From a virus (taxonomy: Duplodnaviria > Caudoviricetes): DNA of 63,440 nt. This document shows, one piece after another, positions 9,775-18,781 of the stretch (positions are counted from its first letter, which is position 1; each line of letters begins with the position of its first letter). The stretch spans positions 1-63,440 of the IMG/VR virus record IMGVR_UViG_3300047509_000062; one strand, written 5' to 3'. The translations under genes were made by a program, and so were the position numbers. The notes below the pieces were generated by a model that had not been told where the DNA came from, searched no databases, and saw only the letters and a program-made list of their open reading frames with translations.

Positions 9775-11129
9775 GCGAGCGCGTAACTGTCATCCATGCC
9801 GATTGCCGCGAGGCGCTGAAATCACTTGCGGACTGCAGCATTGATGCGTGCATTACCGATCCGCCATATGCGCTTGTGTCTATCACAAAACGCTTTGGAA
9901 AGCCAAACAGCGCGCCCGTCAAGGTCGGCAACGTGCGCGCGTCGAATGATCTCAAAGCCGCTTATGCTCGCCAGTCTGCTGGCTTCATGGGCAAACAATG
10001 GGACAATGGCTCGACCGCATTTGATCCCGACTTCTGGCGCGAAGTTCTGCGTGTTCTCAAGCCCGGTGCGCATGTCGTTTCCTTCGGCGGCACTCGCACT
10101 TATCACCGACTCGTTTGCGCGATCGAGGATGCAGGATTCGAAATCCGCGATCAACTGCAATGGCTATTCGGCAGTGGGTTTCCGAAATCGCATGATGTGA
10201 GCAAGGGCATTGACCGCGCAAACGGAGACGTTCGCGAGGTCGTAGGCATGTCGGCCACTGCCTCCGGTATTTCAAATAAACATGGTGATGTAGGTGGCGC
10301 TACGACGTGGAATCGTGTAGCGGAGCTCGTTCCAATTACTTCGGCGGCTTCGGCGGCTTCGGCGGCTTGGGAAGGCTGGGGCACGGCGCTCAAACCAGCG
10401 AGCGAGCCCATCTGCCTAGCCCGCAAGCCGCTATCGGAGAAGACTGTCGCCGCTAACGTCCTCCGGTGGGGAACCGGCGCGCTGAATATCGATGCATGCA
10501 GGGTTGAGTCGGTTGATATCGTAAGCAACCACGGTGAGACAGGGAACAGCATACCGACCAGCTTTTCTCTTGGTGGGCGTAAGCCGATGCAAACGAATGG
10601 ACCGGCGCTTGGCCGCTGGCCTGCCAACGTCTGCCACGATGGCAGCGAGGAAGTGCTGGCGGCGTTCCCTGAGAGCGACGGACAAGCCGGAACGGTCAAG
10701 GGAACAGAGCCGTCGTCGCCGTTCGCAAACGTTTATGGCGACATGCCAGACAGGGCTGGACGCGCGGAGCCGCGCGGCGATAGCGGTTCAGCAGCGCGGT
10801 TCTTTTTCACGGCGAAAGCGGACGCCGATGATCGGCTAGGCTCAAAGCATCCAACCGTGAAGCCCGTCGAATTGATGCGCTGGCTCGCGCGGCTCGTCAC
10901 GCCTCCCAACGGAATGATTCTAGACCCGTTCGCCGGAACTGGCACGACTGGAATCGCCGCAATCGCTGAGAGCTTCCGCGCCACACTAATCGAGCGCGAG
11001 GACGAATATGTTGCCGACATTCGCACGCGGCTGGAATACTATGCTGGGCGCGGGCCGCTAACCGAACAACTCAAGCAGCGCAATCGCAAGCCGCAAGGTT
11101 CTGCGCCACTATTCGAGGCCGCAGAATGA
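9771..11129 (+). CDS. DNA methyltransferase (N6-A/N4-C, beta class)
   Basis: ITDPPY motif IV, RVLKPG, HPTVKPVELMRWL, ILDPFAGTGTT motif I. Confidence 0.92.
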   Translation: MSERVTVIHADCREALKSLADCSIDACITDPPYALVSITKRFGKPNSAPVKVGNVRASNDLKAAYARQSAGFMGKQWDNGSTAFDPDFWREVLRVLKPGAHVVSFGGTRTYHRLVCAIEDAGFEIRDQLQWLFGSGFPKSHDVSKGIDRANGDVREVVGMSATASGISNKHGDVGGATTWNRVAELVPITSAASAASAAWEGWGTALKPASEPICLARKPLSEKTVAANVLRWGTGALNIDACRVESVDIVSNHGETGNSIPTSFSLGGRKPMQTNGPALGRWPANVCHDGSEEVLAAFPESDGQAGTVKGTEPSSPFANVYGDMPDRAGRAEPRGDSGSAARFFFTAKADADDRLGSKHPTVKPVELMRWLARLVTPPNGMILDPFAGTGTTGIAAIAESFRATLIEREDEYVADIRTRLEYYAGRGPLTEQLKQRNRKPQGSAPLFEAAE

Positions 11130-11286
11130 CCGACCGTGAGGCCGTCTGGGCCACGTCAGAGGAACAGGCTGCCGAATACCAGCGGCAGGGCTACAGGCCG
11201 TCACGGATGCACGAGGTGGCCTGCAATCATAACGAATTCGCCCTACTCCTCGTCCGCGATCTCCCCCCAACTGAGCCTCCCGCAGA

Positions 11287-11700
11287 ATGAGTCCTCCCCG
11301 CTACGGGATGACATGGAGCCGTGCTGAGGACTCCGCAATGTGCGACGGGCTGGCGAATGGCCTGAACCATTTCCAAATCAGCCAACTCCTCGGACGCTCT
11401 CCCGGTGCCGTCAAGGACCGCCGTAGCAGGCTCCATCTCCCACGCCGCAACCCCAGGCATCCACCAAAGGCTGTGTGGGAGATTCTCGCCACGGAAGCGG
11501 CTACAGAGGCCCATGTGGACCCAGTTAAGGTCATGGCTGGCGATCTTAGCCGTCCGGTGTGTGCGGCCCGCTGGCGGGCTTGGAAACGCGCGCATGAGCT
11601 AGGATACTCCCTCGCCGGCATCGGGGCAACGAGCGGGTTTAACCACGCGACTCTGATTTCGGCATTCCGACGTCTGAGGCAAATTGAGGTGCGAACGTGA
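11287..11700 (+). CDS. DNA-binding protein: N-terminal HTH plus a DnaA C-terminal (domain IV)-like domain
   Basis: WSRAED...ISQLLGRSPGAVKDR; AARW.AW..AHELGYSLAGIG..SGFNHATLI.A.RR. Confidence 0.65.
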   Translation: MSPPRYGMTWSRAEDSAMCDGLANGLNHFQISQLLGRSPGAVKDRRSRLHLPRRNPRHPPKAVWEILATEAATEAHVDPVKVMAGDLSRPVCAARWRAWKRAHELGYSLAGIGATSGFNHATLISAFRRLRQIEVRT

Positions 11701-11857
11701 GCAACTACGTGAGCGAATTTCTGGACCGTGTAATCCTCCCCACGGCGATGCACGTCTGGTCCGCACTCACTCTCGCCATGACGGACGCCGAATTCGCGCG
11801 GTTCAAGGCGCGGCTGGTTTACGAGCAGTCTGGACCGCCGCGTGAAACCGATCGCCG

Positions 11858-11885
11858 TTGACAATTAACCGCGTTGCGGTAGTGT
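11858..11885 (+). promoter_or_regulatory. Putative sigma70 promoter upstream of the replication genes
   Basis: TTGACA-16 bp-TAGTGT, followed by the hairpin CTCGGG-TAGCT-CCCGAG. Confidence 0.5.
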
Positions 11886-11981
11886 CGATTCGTCTCGGGT
11901 AGCTCCCGAGCGTTCGTCGTTGCTGGCTGGACTTGGACGTTCCAGGTCGGGTCCAGCAGCAGCTACCTGGAACACGGATCG

Positions 11982-12182
11982 ATGCCTCAAAACCAACTTA
12001 ACGACTTAGAACCGTTTGACGACCCTTACGATTTTTCGGACGACGAGCCGTGCGCGCACGAAGATTTCTCGATAAATTGGGACGGTCGTGCGGAGTGCGA
12101 TTATTGCTCACATTCATGGTGGGCAACGCAAGCGCAGATTGATTCTCACGCGCGCCTAATGTCTGGGCTTGGCGAGCCATGA
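11982..12182 (+). CDS. Small acidic hypothetical protein with a CxxC motif
   Basis: Stop overlaps the initiator start. Confidence 0.5.
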   Translation: MPQNQLNDLEPFDDPYDFSDDEPCAHEDFSINWDGRAECDYCSHSWWATQAQIDSHARLMSGLGEP

Positions 12183-13018
12183 CAGACGCGCTCGATGCCA
12201 CCGGCCTGCCGAGTATGCCCCTCGAAATCGAGCGCCTGAAGCGGTCAAAGACATGGCGGCGATGCAGGACCGAACCATTCCTAGCCTACTACGTAGCGAA
12301 TCTCTGGATGGCTGCCTTCCACGGCGTGCCTGCAGGCAGTCTCGAGGATGACGACGAATTGCTTGCCGAGCTCGCTGGCTGTCTCCCCCTCGAATGGGTG
12401 CGTGTGCGTCCGATCGCCCTCCATGCTTGGCAAAAGAGGGAAGATGGCAGGCTATATCACCCGATTGTCGAGGCAAAGGCCCGCGAAGCCCTCTCAATCC
12501 GATCGGCAGCCAAGCGCATAGTTCGACCCCTTGCGGAACAGCCCAAGGCCGTTCTGGACCTTTTCGAATCTTGGTACGCCGAATATCCACGGAAGGTCGC
12601 GAAGGGCGCAGCTCGGATAGCCTACGGCCACGCGCTGAAGAAATGCGGCGCCGATGTCCTGCTCGAAGCGGCGAAATCCTACGCCCGCAAGGTTTCGTTG
12701 AGCGACCACAATTTCCTCCCATACCCCGGCACTTGGCTCAACAACGAGCGATGGCTTGAAATTAAATTTCCGCGTCTCTCCGAAAAGCGCGTTGACCTTT
12801 CTGGTTCCTGGAATGGTCGCGCTTCACGGCTTCAGGCCGAAATCGGGGAACACGCCTTCCGCGAATGGTTTGGGTCTGCCGAGCTGGTTGAAGGCTCGCC
12901 ACTCGTCATTCGCTTGCCCAAGACATTCCAGCGGGATTGGATCGAGGGTCACTTTGCTGGCCCCCTCCGTCGCGCGGTAGGTGACTTCAGGCTTGAAGTC
13001 GGAAAGCAACAGGTTTAG
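12179..13018 (+). CDS. Phage replication initiator with a C-terminal DnaA N-terminal (domain I)-like domain
   Basis: DUF1376-like N-terminus (PAGSLEDDDELLA...DGRLYHP); FESWY.EYPRKVAK.AA..AY and YPGTWLNNERW; RLQAEIGEHAFREWF...PKTFQRDWIEGHF. Confidence 0.75.
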   Translation: MTDALDATGLPSMPLEIERLKRSKTWRRCRTEPFLAYYVANLWMAAFHGVPAGSLEDDDELLAELAGCLPLEWVRVRPIALHAWQKREDGRLYHPIVEAKAREALSIRSAAKRIVRPLAEQPKAVLDLFESWYAEYPRKVAKGAARIAYGHALKKCGADVLLEAAKSYARKVSLSDHNFLPYPGTWLNNERWLEIKFPRLSEKRVDLSGSWNGRASRLQAEIGEHAFREWFGSAELVEGSPLVIRLPKTFQRDWIEGHFAGPLRRAVGDFRLEVGKQQV

Positions 13019-13128
13019 AAAAGATCAAGGCCGCAGGGCGTCAACCCCGCAGCCTTGATACCGATGTAGTGGCATCGGGCGCGGCCAGCACGGCACTTAT
13101 ATGCCGAGGCCAACCCAAAAATGCAACC

Positions 13129-13428
13129 CCATCGGCTCCCGCGTCCGGAACTTGATTCCGGTGTCCGTGGTCATCACGGCAGGGTCTCGGCAGCGCGCGG
13201 GGTGGAGAAGGTCCAACTGTCGGGACGCGGGCAACATGGGCCGATGGTAGACTGAACGTGGAAAGACCAGCCCGCTTGAGGGGCGCATCCCTCTAAAGCA
13301 AGACCACCGTCGATCGGCCATGCGAGGCTAGATCGATGCTCTAAGCGGCGGACGGCTCCAAAGGGCATGTCGGCACCGGGCAGGGTCTCCACCTCTCAAC
13401 ATCAGAGGGGACAGGAGACTTCTGCCCG
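13129..13428 (+). ncRNA. Highly structured non-coding element downstream of the initiator (candidate origin or RNA); strand uncertain
   Basis: Several nested inverted repeats and no credible ORF (see findings). Confidence 0.45.
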
Positions 13429-13876
13429 TCACAACGGAACTCACCAAAGAACATGTATCGCTCTTAAACAGATACTAATTCTTATAACTACGTCGCGCGC
13501 GAAATTTCCGGTCCCTTCTCCAGGATGATCCAGCGGGGTTAGGAGGTGACGTGGTCGATGAAAGAGTTGGGATTCTCTGCGGTGATGGTTGGCGGCTCAA
13601 GCAACAGATTTGCATTCTCAGGAAACGTAACGCCGAACGCATACATTGCGTCTGCGATATATCGGATGACGAGCCAACCGCTTTTGTCCATGCTGTAGCA
13701 CGCCTCTTTGCCACCCCATGCGAGCTGGCCCAAAGACTGCCACACCGGGTCGTCCTTGTGATCGAAGCATAAATGCGCTACGCTAACACATCGCGCTGGA
13801 GATCGTTCGCCACCCTTCCACGATGAGGCCCATGCAATCCATTCGCTGTATTTTTCTTGGGAATGGTCTTGTCTAG

Positions 13877-14164
13877 ATTTTTCTCGAAATCACTCGTGAA
13901 TCGCAAGCTACTGATTTTGCTACAGGATTCATCTGTTTAGTCCAAAAGCGTACCATTCCGGGCGTCATTGCCGCGTCGTCTGCCGGCCTGACGACACAAG
14001 GAGTCATCACTGCCGGGACGGCGGCGGCGCTCAAAAACCTCAAGACGGAAAACACGTCACCGCAGCTGTCGGCCTGCAAATCCGATGGACTGTTGGACCT
14101 GGATCACGGGCTTTGGAAGATCACGAATAAGGGGCGCGAGTATCTCGCAGCCTCAAAGAGTTAG
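13877..14164 (+). pseudogene. Start-less winged-helix gene remnant
   Basis: Open frame ending SPQLSACKSDGLLDLDHGLWKITNKGREYLAASKS*; no ATG or GTG after the upstream TAG. Confidence 0.4.
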
Positions 14165-14486
14165 GGGGCAGCCGTGCAACCAGCTACCCCCTTATTTCGA
14201 GCCGGGAATTGGCCTTCCCGGAAACTTTGGCTGCAAGTCAGACGGGAGGTGAGGCCGATAAGATAGGGTCACCGTAAGTCCGGGGCCGGACGGGAGCGCG
14301 GCCAGCGTTCCTGCCCGGCACGGCTGGGCTTATAGGTCAACCCCCTGATTCGAGCAAGAAATTTTTTCGCTGGCGATTCAGCGTCCGCTATTTCCATGCT
14401 CTCAAGAATGAAATAAATGCTTGACACAAGGCTGCGGGATGATCCCACGTTACGACAGCAAGTTGCCATGCTGCCGTCCCTTGGGG

Positions 14487-14762
14487 TCAACGAATGTATG
14501 CCGCACCGTAAGCCGTGACATCCTTCGCGCCGTTTGCGATGTTTCCGCGGCTCTGTTTCGCAGGCGTGTTCCAACTCGCCGCTTTCAGGATCGTGCCGTC
14601 AGCGAGATTAACGAAGCAAAAGACACCGCCGCCACTTTCCTTGATCCGCGCGTATTTCTTGCCGGTCGAAAACGTCAGGGCGAAATCTGGAAGCCGGTTC
14701 GGGCGCGCCTTGTTGGCGGCTTCGCGGCAGAATGTTTCAAGCTGTTCGGTGGTGACGGTCAT
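14487..14762 (-). CDS. Small phage protein
   Basis: GKKYARI...VFCFV....G.ILKAASWNTPAK..RGNI motif; AGGAG RBS. Confidence 0.75.
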   Translation of the reverse strand: MTVTTEQLETFCREAANKARPNRLPDFALTFSTGKKYARIKESGGGVFCFVNLADGTILKAASWNTPAKQSRGNIANGAKDVTAYGAAYIR

Positions 14763-14775
14763 GGCTCATCTCCTG

Positions 14776-14830
14776 TTGACAAGGCATACGATAGGCGCAT
14801 AATAGGGCATACGCAATAGGACGGCATACG
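14776..14830 (+). promoter_or_regulatory. Promoter with three GGCATACG direct repeats (putative operator)
   Basis: TTGACA(14776)-16 bp-CATAAT(14798); GGCATACG at 14783, 14806 and 14823. Confidence 0.6.
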
Positions 14831-14835
14831 AAATT

Positions 14836-15060
14836 ATGCGACAGAACGCCACACCGAAAAGAGGCCGACCGCGCCAGTTTGCACAGCGCAAGATCGTTCG
14901 CCTCGACGCCGAAATGCTCAAGGCTATCAAACGGGCTCGCAGGGGCAAGCAAACGGAATCGGATGTGATCCGGGCGGCAATCGCGGCCTATTGCGCCACC
15001 GATCCGCTAGAAGCCATGATTAACGCCGGCTTGCGCCGCGACCAGAAGGCGGCGGCATGA
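14836..15060 (+). CDS. Ribbon-helix-helix (CopG-like) regulator
   Basis: RGRP...KIVRLDAEMLKAI....TESDVIRAAI. Confidence 0.7.
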   Translation: MRQNATPKRGRPRQFAQRKIVRLDAEMLKAIKRARRGKQTESDVIRAAIAAYCATDPLEAMINAGLRRDQKAAA

Positions 15061-15507
15061 GCGAGCGAGCAAAAGATGCGCTTTTCCTGTTGGCTGCTGC
15101 GATTGCTCTAACTGCTGCGATGGAATCGCATTCAGCACTCTGTTCTGTTGTGTGGCTCGCAGGGTATTTTGCTGGTCGCCTTGCCGAATCCACCCCCGAA
15201 AGGCGCGCAAATTGACCCGAGAGGAGATGATTGAGGAAGCCGTAAGACGCACGATCAACGATGAATTTGTCGGCCATTTTGTGCGTCATCTAGTCAAATC
15301 GGCAGAGACGTTCGGAGTGAAAAAAGCTGAACGAAACGGGGATATATCCGTCCCCGCTATCCGCGCCGAATTCCGCCGCCTCTGCGAAAGGGAATCAGCA
15401 TGAGCACGTTGCTGAAAAACGAGGAGATCGGTCTATCAGTGCCGCTACACGATGCGCCGCCTGAATTGCAATTCTTGTATGGACGCATGGACAGCCACAG
15501 AAGGGCA

Positions 15508-15960
15508 TCAATCCGGCGTCTCAGGCCCAGATCGTTTCGGGCGATTACCCTTCCGATGCCGGCCATCCAACCCAGTCTCAGGATCAACACGGCAGAACCC
15601 GTTAGGCTTCCCACGAGACCAGTTGGCACTGGCAACATACGCTCGCAACTCAGCAGCCAAGGCAAGCCCAGCATCACACCTCGCTTCAATCGCCTCAGCA
15701 AGCCGCGCAGCGCGGGCAGGAGGAACCTTCGACACCCCTTTGCGCCACGCCCGCACCGCAGACCACGTGACGCCCAGAACAGCCTCACAACCCTTCCTAA
15801 GCCCAGGATAGCTTCGTAAGCTCCACGGCAGAAACCACGCCAATCCTCGGTCAAGCTCGCAGAATGTAACCCCTGTAAACTTCGGCGGGATTATCGAGCG
15901 GGTGTTCCAAGAGGGGTGGTAGCTTGGAGATTTGCTAGGGATTTGGCCGTTTTCCAGCAT
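15508..15960 (-). CDS. Putative HTH (Cro/Xre-like) protein
   Basis: EAVLGVTWSAVRAWRKG...VPPARAARLAEAI. Confidence 0.5.
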   Translation of the reverse strand: MLENGQIPSKSPSYHPSWNTRSIIPPKFTGVTFCELDRGLAWFLPWSLRSYPGLRKGCEAVLGVTWSAVRAWRKGVSKVPPARAARLAEAIEARCDAGLALAAELRAYVASANWSRGKPNGFCRVDPETGLDGRHRKGNRPKRSGPETPD

Positions 15961-16074
15961 TCCAAGAGCCTACATCGAGCCGAGGTCGAACGCTAGATGT
16001 GGTGTGGAGGTGGGCGTTCCGAGGTCTGTTGATCGACTCTAGGCGATATTATTCAATGATATCAACGCCATGCT

Positions 16075-16102
16075 ATTTCCCATAATACGGATTATACGGG
16101 AA
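16075..16102. other. dif-like XerC/D recombination site
   Basis: ATTTCCCATAA-TACGGA-TTATACGGGAA: 11-6-11 layout with inner ATAA/TTAT, in a non-coding gap. Confidence 0.55.
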
Positions 16103-16253
16103 GCTATCCTATAGGTTTTGTCGAGATTAAGACATTCCAGCACCCCATCGGGACGCTGGCCGCGTCTATATCGGGGAGGTCACTCTATCGCCGCCCCGGA
16201 AAATTTTTGGATTATGCGTTGACGACCTGTAACAGTTACAGTAACGGTTTCAC

Positions 16254-16709
16254 ATGAACGGGGTTTTGATCTTGTGTTTGGGGTGTAAGCAGTGGCACGG
16301 CAATCTCGACCGCTGCCCACCTCCGGGCATGGGATTGCCGCCGCCAGTTTTGAAGGGTGTGAGGGAGGATTGTCCTACCGGGTCGCCGATTGAGACCTTA
16401 CAGGCACCGCGTAAAGACGCAGACAGTCCTAGGCCACTGCCGGCGGTACACGAGGATCGAGGCGTCGTGGTCGAACGCCCCCGGTCGGAGAATTCTCCCC
16501 CTTCGTCTAAAGGCAGGACACCGCGCTTTGGACGCGGCAACCGTGGTTCGACCCCACGAGGGGGAGCCACGGGCGAGCTTGAGGTTCTGAAGGCGAAGAT
16601 TGCTGAGATTGAGGCTGAGAAGGCGGAGCGAAGGGCAAGGACGCTCGAGCGCGTGCGCCGGCACCGGGCGAACGCCAAGGCGAAGGCTGGGAAGGTTGTT
16701 CCTGAATGA
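16254..16709 (+). CDS. Hypothetical protein (N-terminal CxxCxxxH, basic C-terminal helix) that overlaps a tRNA
   Basis: CLGCKQWH...CP and EKAERRARTLERVRRHRA; stop coupled (ATGA) to the next gene. Confidence 0.55.
   Translation: MNGVLILCLGCKQWHGNLDRCPPPGMGLPPPVLKGVREDCPTGSPIETLQAPRKDADSPRPLPAVHEDRGVVVERPRSENSPPSSKGRTPRFGRGNRGSTPRGGATGELEVLKAKIAEIEAEKAERRARTLERVRRHRANAKAKAGKVVPE
16496..16569 (+). tRNA. tRNA-Gln(UUG)
   Basis: Acceptor TCCCCCT/AGGGGGA, anticodon arm CCGCG-CTTTGGA-CGCGG, T arm CGTGG-TTCGACC-CCACG, encoded GCCA end. Confidence 0.85.
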
Positions 16710-16930
16710 CCGTCGAATCGACATTCATCTACCGGGTTGTTGTCGTTACACTGGCGGCGGTGATTGTGTGCGTGGTGGCGGCACTTCTCGTCGGGCTCTT
16801 CGATCCGCGCGTGGACAATGACAAAATCTTCCCCATCGTCGGGCACGCATTTGATACAATCACAGGTGCCTTTGTCGGCATTCTGAGCGGTCTTGTCATG
16901 GGCAAGCAGTCGAGGAAGGAGGGCGAATGA
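16706..16930 (+). CDS. Small two-TM membrane protein
   Basis: Two hydrophobic segments; coupled to genes on both sides. Confidence 0.7.
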   Translation: MTVESTFIYRVVVVTLAAVIVCVVAALLVGLFDPRVDNDKIFPIVGHAFDTITGAFVGILSGLVMGKQSRKEGE

Positions 16931-17745
16931 CCGTGCCGCTTCCACAAAACAAGTACCAGATAATTCAGCAGCATCTTGCCATGCAGCAAGCGGCGCAGCA
17001 GCCGATGGCAATGCAGGGAGTCAGCCTGCAACCGCAACAATATCAAGGATACCTGAACTCACTTATGGGTCAATCGCAAGCCTCAACGGTCATTGCCGCA
17101 GGGGCAGGCTACACCAACCAACTTATGCTAATTTACCATCCACAGGAGATCAACTACGATGGCGCAGATTGGAAAGCCGAAGAAGAAATTTGTTTCGATC
17201 CCGTTGACGGAACCTGTGCCGTCGCTGCCAGAGCCGAACGGGCCTTGCGTCAGGTCGCCAACGCTTCCAGAGTCGCTGCCTATATCGGAGCCTCTCTTTG
17301 CGCCGCCTTCAAACCTCCCATCGAAAACGCCGGAATACGTATAGGCGAGATCGAGGCGTTCCGCTGCTGGAATGTGCTGTGTGGAAAGCTTCAGAGCGTT
17401 GCACATCAAACGATATGGCCTGACGACTGGAAGATTGAGGCCGACAATCTTCCAGAGGAAGACAACTGGCACGGCATCTATGCGTACAAAACCGAGCAGG
17501 ACGCGATAGCTCACGGCGGCATGGTGGCCGGGAAGGTCAAGTTGTGGGGCCAGATTATCGAGCATGAGGAAGGATATCGGGCGCAATATGCGAAGGTCGT
17601 AAGCATCGATCATTTCCTGCACGGTACGTCGCGTGATTGCCTTCGAGTGCGAGAGCCGGAGCGCCAGCCAATTATCGCCAACTCAGGCAACTGGACAGGC
17701 TACGGATTGTGTAATGATGGCTCACTGTATCAGGTAGACCCATGA
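16927..17745 (+). CDS. Phage hypothetical protein with a Gln-rich N-terminus
   Basis: EIEAFRCW...GIYAYK...VAGKVKLWGQIIEHEEGYRAQYAKV motif. Confidence 0.7.
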   Translation: MTVPLPQNKYQIIQQHLAMQQAAQQPMAMQGVSLQPQQYQGYLNSLMGQSQASTVIAAGAGYTNQLMLIYHPQEINYDGADWKAEEEICFDPVDGTCAVAARAERALRQVANASRVAAYIGASLCAAFKPPIENAGIRIGEIEAFRCWNVLCGKLQSVAHQTIWPDDWKIEADNLPEEDNWHGIYAYKTEQDAIAHGGMVAGKVKLWGQIIEHEEGYRAQYAKVVSIDHFLHGTSRDCLRVREPERQPIIANSGNWTGYGLCNDGSLYQVDP

Positions 17746-18575
17746 TTATCGCGCTGGCTTCCGACCACAACGGCGTCACGCTGAAATCCCGTCTCAAGTG
17801 TGATCTTGCTGAGTTGACGAAACACCGCTTTATCGACCTCGGGCCACTCGGTTCATGGGCAGTGGACTATACCACCTACGCCCGCCAGTTGGGGGAGATA
17901 GTTGCGAGCGGAGATGTTGCCCGCGGCATTCTGATCTGTGGGACCGGCGTCGGCATGTCGATCGTGGCGAACAAGGTTGCGGGCGTTAGGGCGGCGCTCG
18001 TCCACAACATGCTCTGCGCCGGCAAGTCTAGGGAGCATAACGACGCCAATGTTCTCTGCCTCGGTTCCTGGGTTGCGAGCGACGAACAGAATATCGCCTT
18101 CGCGCGTGAATGGCTACATGGATCGTTCGGAGAGGGTCGCCATGTTCGCCGCGTCGAGCAGATCGAGCGCAGGCCGGGGCGGCTCGTATTCGCGAACGGG
18201 GTATTTGATATCCTCCATCAGGGCCATATTGATTTGCTGCGCTGGGCCAAGTCGCTTGGCTCGTGGCTGGTTGTCGGCATCAATTCGGATGATAGCGTGA
18301 GGCGGTTGAAAGGCAACGGTCGCCCAATCAATCGCGCCGAAAACCGCAAGGCGATTCTCGAATGCCACCGCTTTGTCGATGAGGTGATTATCTTCGACGG
18401 CGAACCTTCTGAGCTGGTCGAACAAATCCATCCCGATATTGTCGTCAAAGGTTCCGAATGGACGGCGGCGGAGGTTCGTGAGCGCGATGCTATCCCAGAT
18501 TGGTGCGAGGTCAAGGTGTTTCCCATCGTGGCAGGATATTCCACCACGCAGATTGTCGAGAGGATGAGAGCATGA
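17742..18575 (+). CDS. rpiB: Fusion of an RpiB-type sugar-phosphate isomerase and an HldE/RfaE domain II-type nucleotidyltransferase
   Basis: ASDHNG, DY, ILICGTGVGMSIVANKVAGVRAA, REHNDANVLCLG, GRH.RR; then NGVFDILHQGH, VGINSDDSVRRLKG.GRPIN, PDIVVKG, GYSTT. Confidence 0.92.
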   Translation: MIIALASDHNGVTLKSRLKCDLAELTKHRFIDLGPLGSWAVDYTTYARQLGEIVASGDVARGILICGTGVGMSIVANKVAGVRAALVHNMLCAGKSREHNDANVLCLGSWVASDEQNIAFAREWLHGSFGEGRHVRRVEQIERRPGRLVFANGVFDILHQGHIDLLRWAKSLGSWLVVGINSDDSVRRLKGNGRPINRAENRKAILECHRFVDEVIIFDGEPSELVEQIHPDIVVKGSEWTAAEVRERDAIPDWCEVKVFPIVAGYSTTQIVERMRA

Positions 18576-18781
18576 AAAAGAAAATTAACGGAGGAACGGC
18601 CACATTTCATAGAGCAGAGAGAGGATGGCATTGGACGGTACACCGACGTTTGAAAAATCCCCCGCCTCTTATAACCAAAGAGGGAAAGATATTTTATTGT
18701 TGGGATAGCGTGCAGAGCGGCTTCGGATGGGTTCCGTCGCTTAATGCGGCGCGTAGTATGGCCCACAGTTTATTGCGATGA
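18572..18781 (+). CDS. Small hypothetical protein inserted in the sugar operon
   Basis: ATGA coupling at both ends. Confidence 0.5.
   Translation: MKKKINGGTATFHRAERGWHWTVHRRLKNPPPLITKEGKIFYCWDSVQSGFGWVPSLNAARSMAHSLLR

Noticed and set aside
10341-10368. 9-bp triple repeat in the MTase as a phase-variation tract
   Set aside because: The unit is a multiple of three (SAA x3), so slippage would not shift the frame.
16496-16569. tRNA as the attP of an integrating prophage
   Set aside because: No integrase recognised, no duplicated tRNA 3' end and no host flanks.
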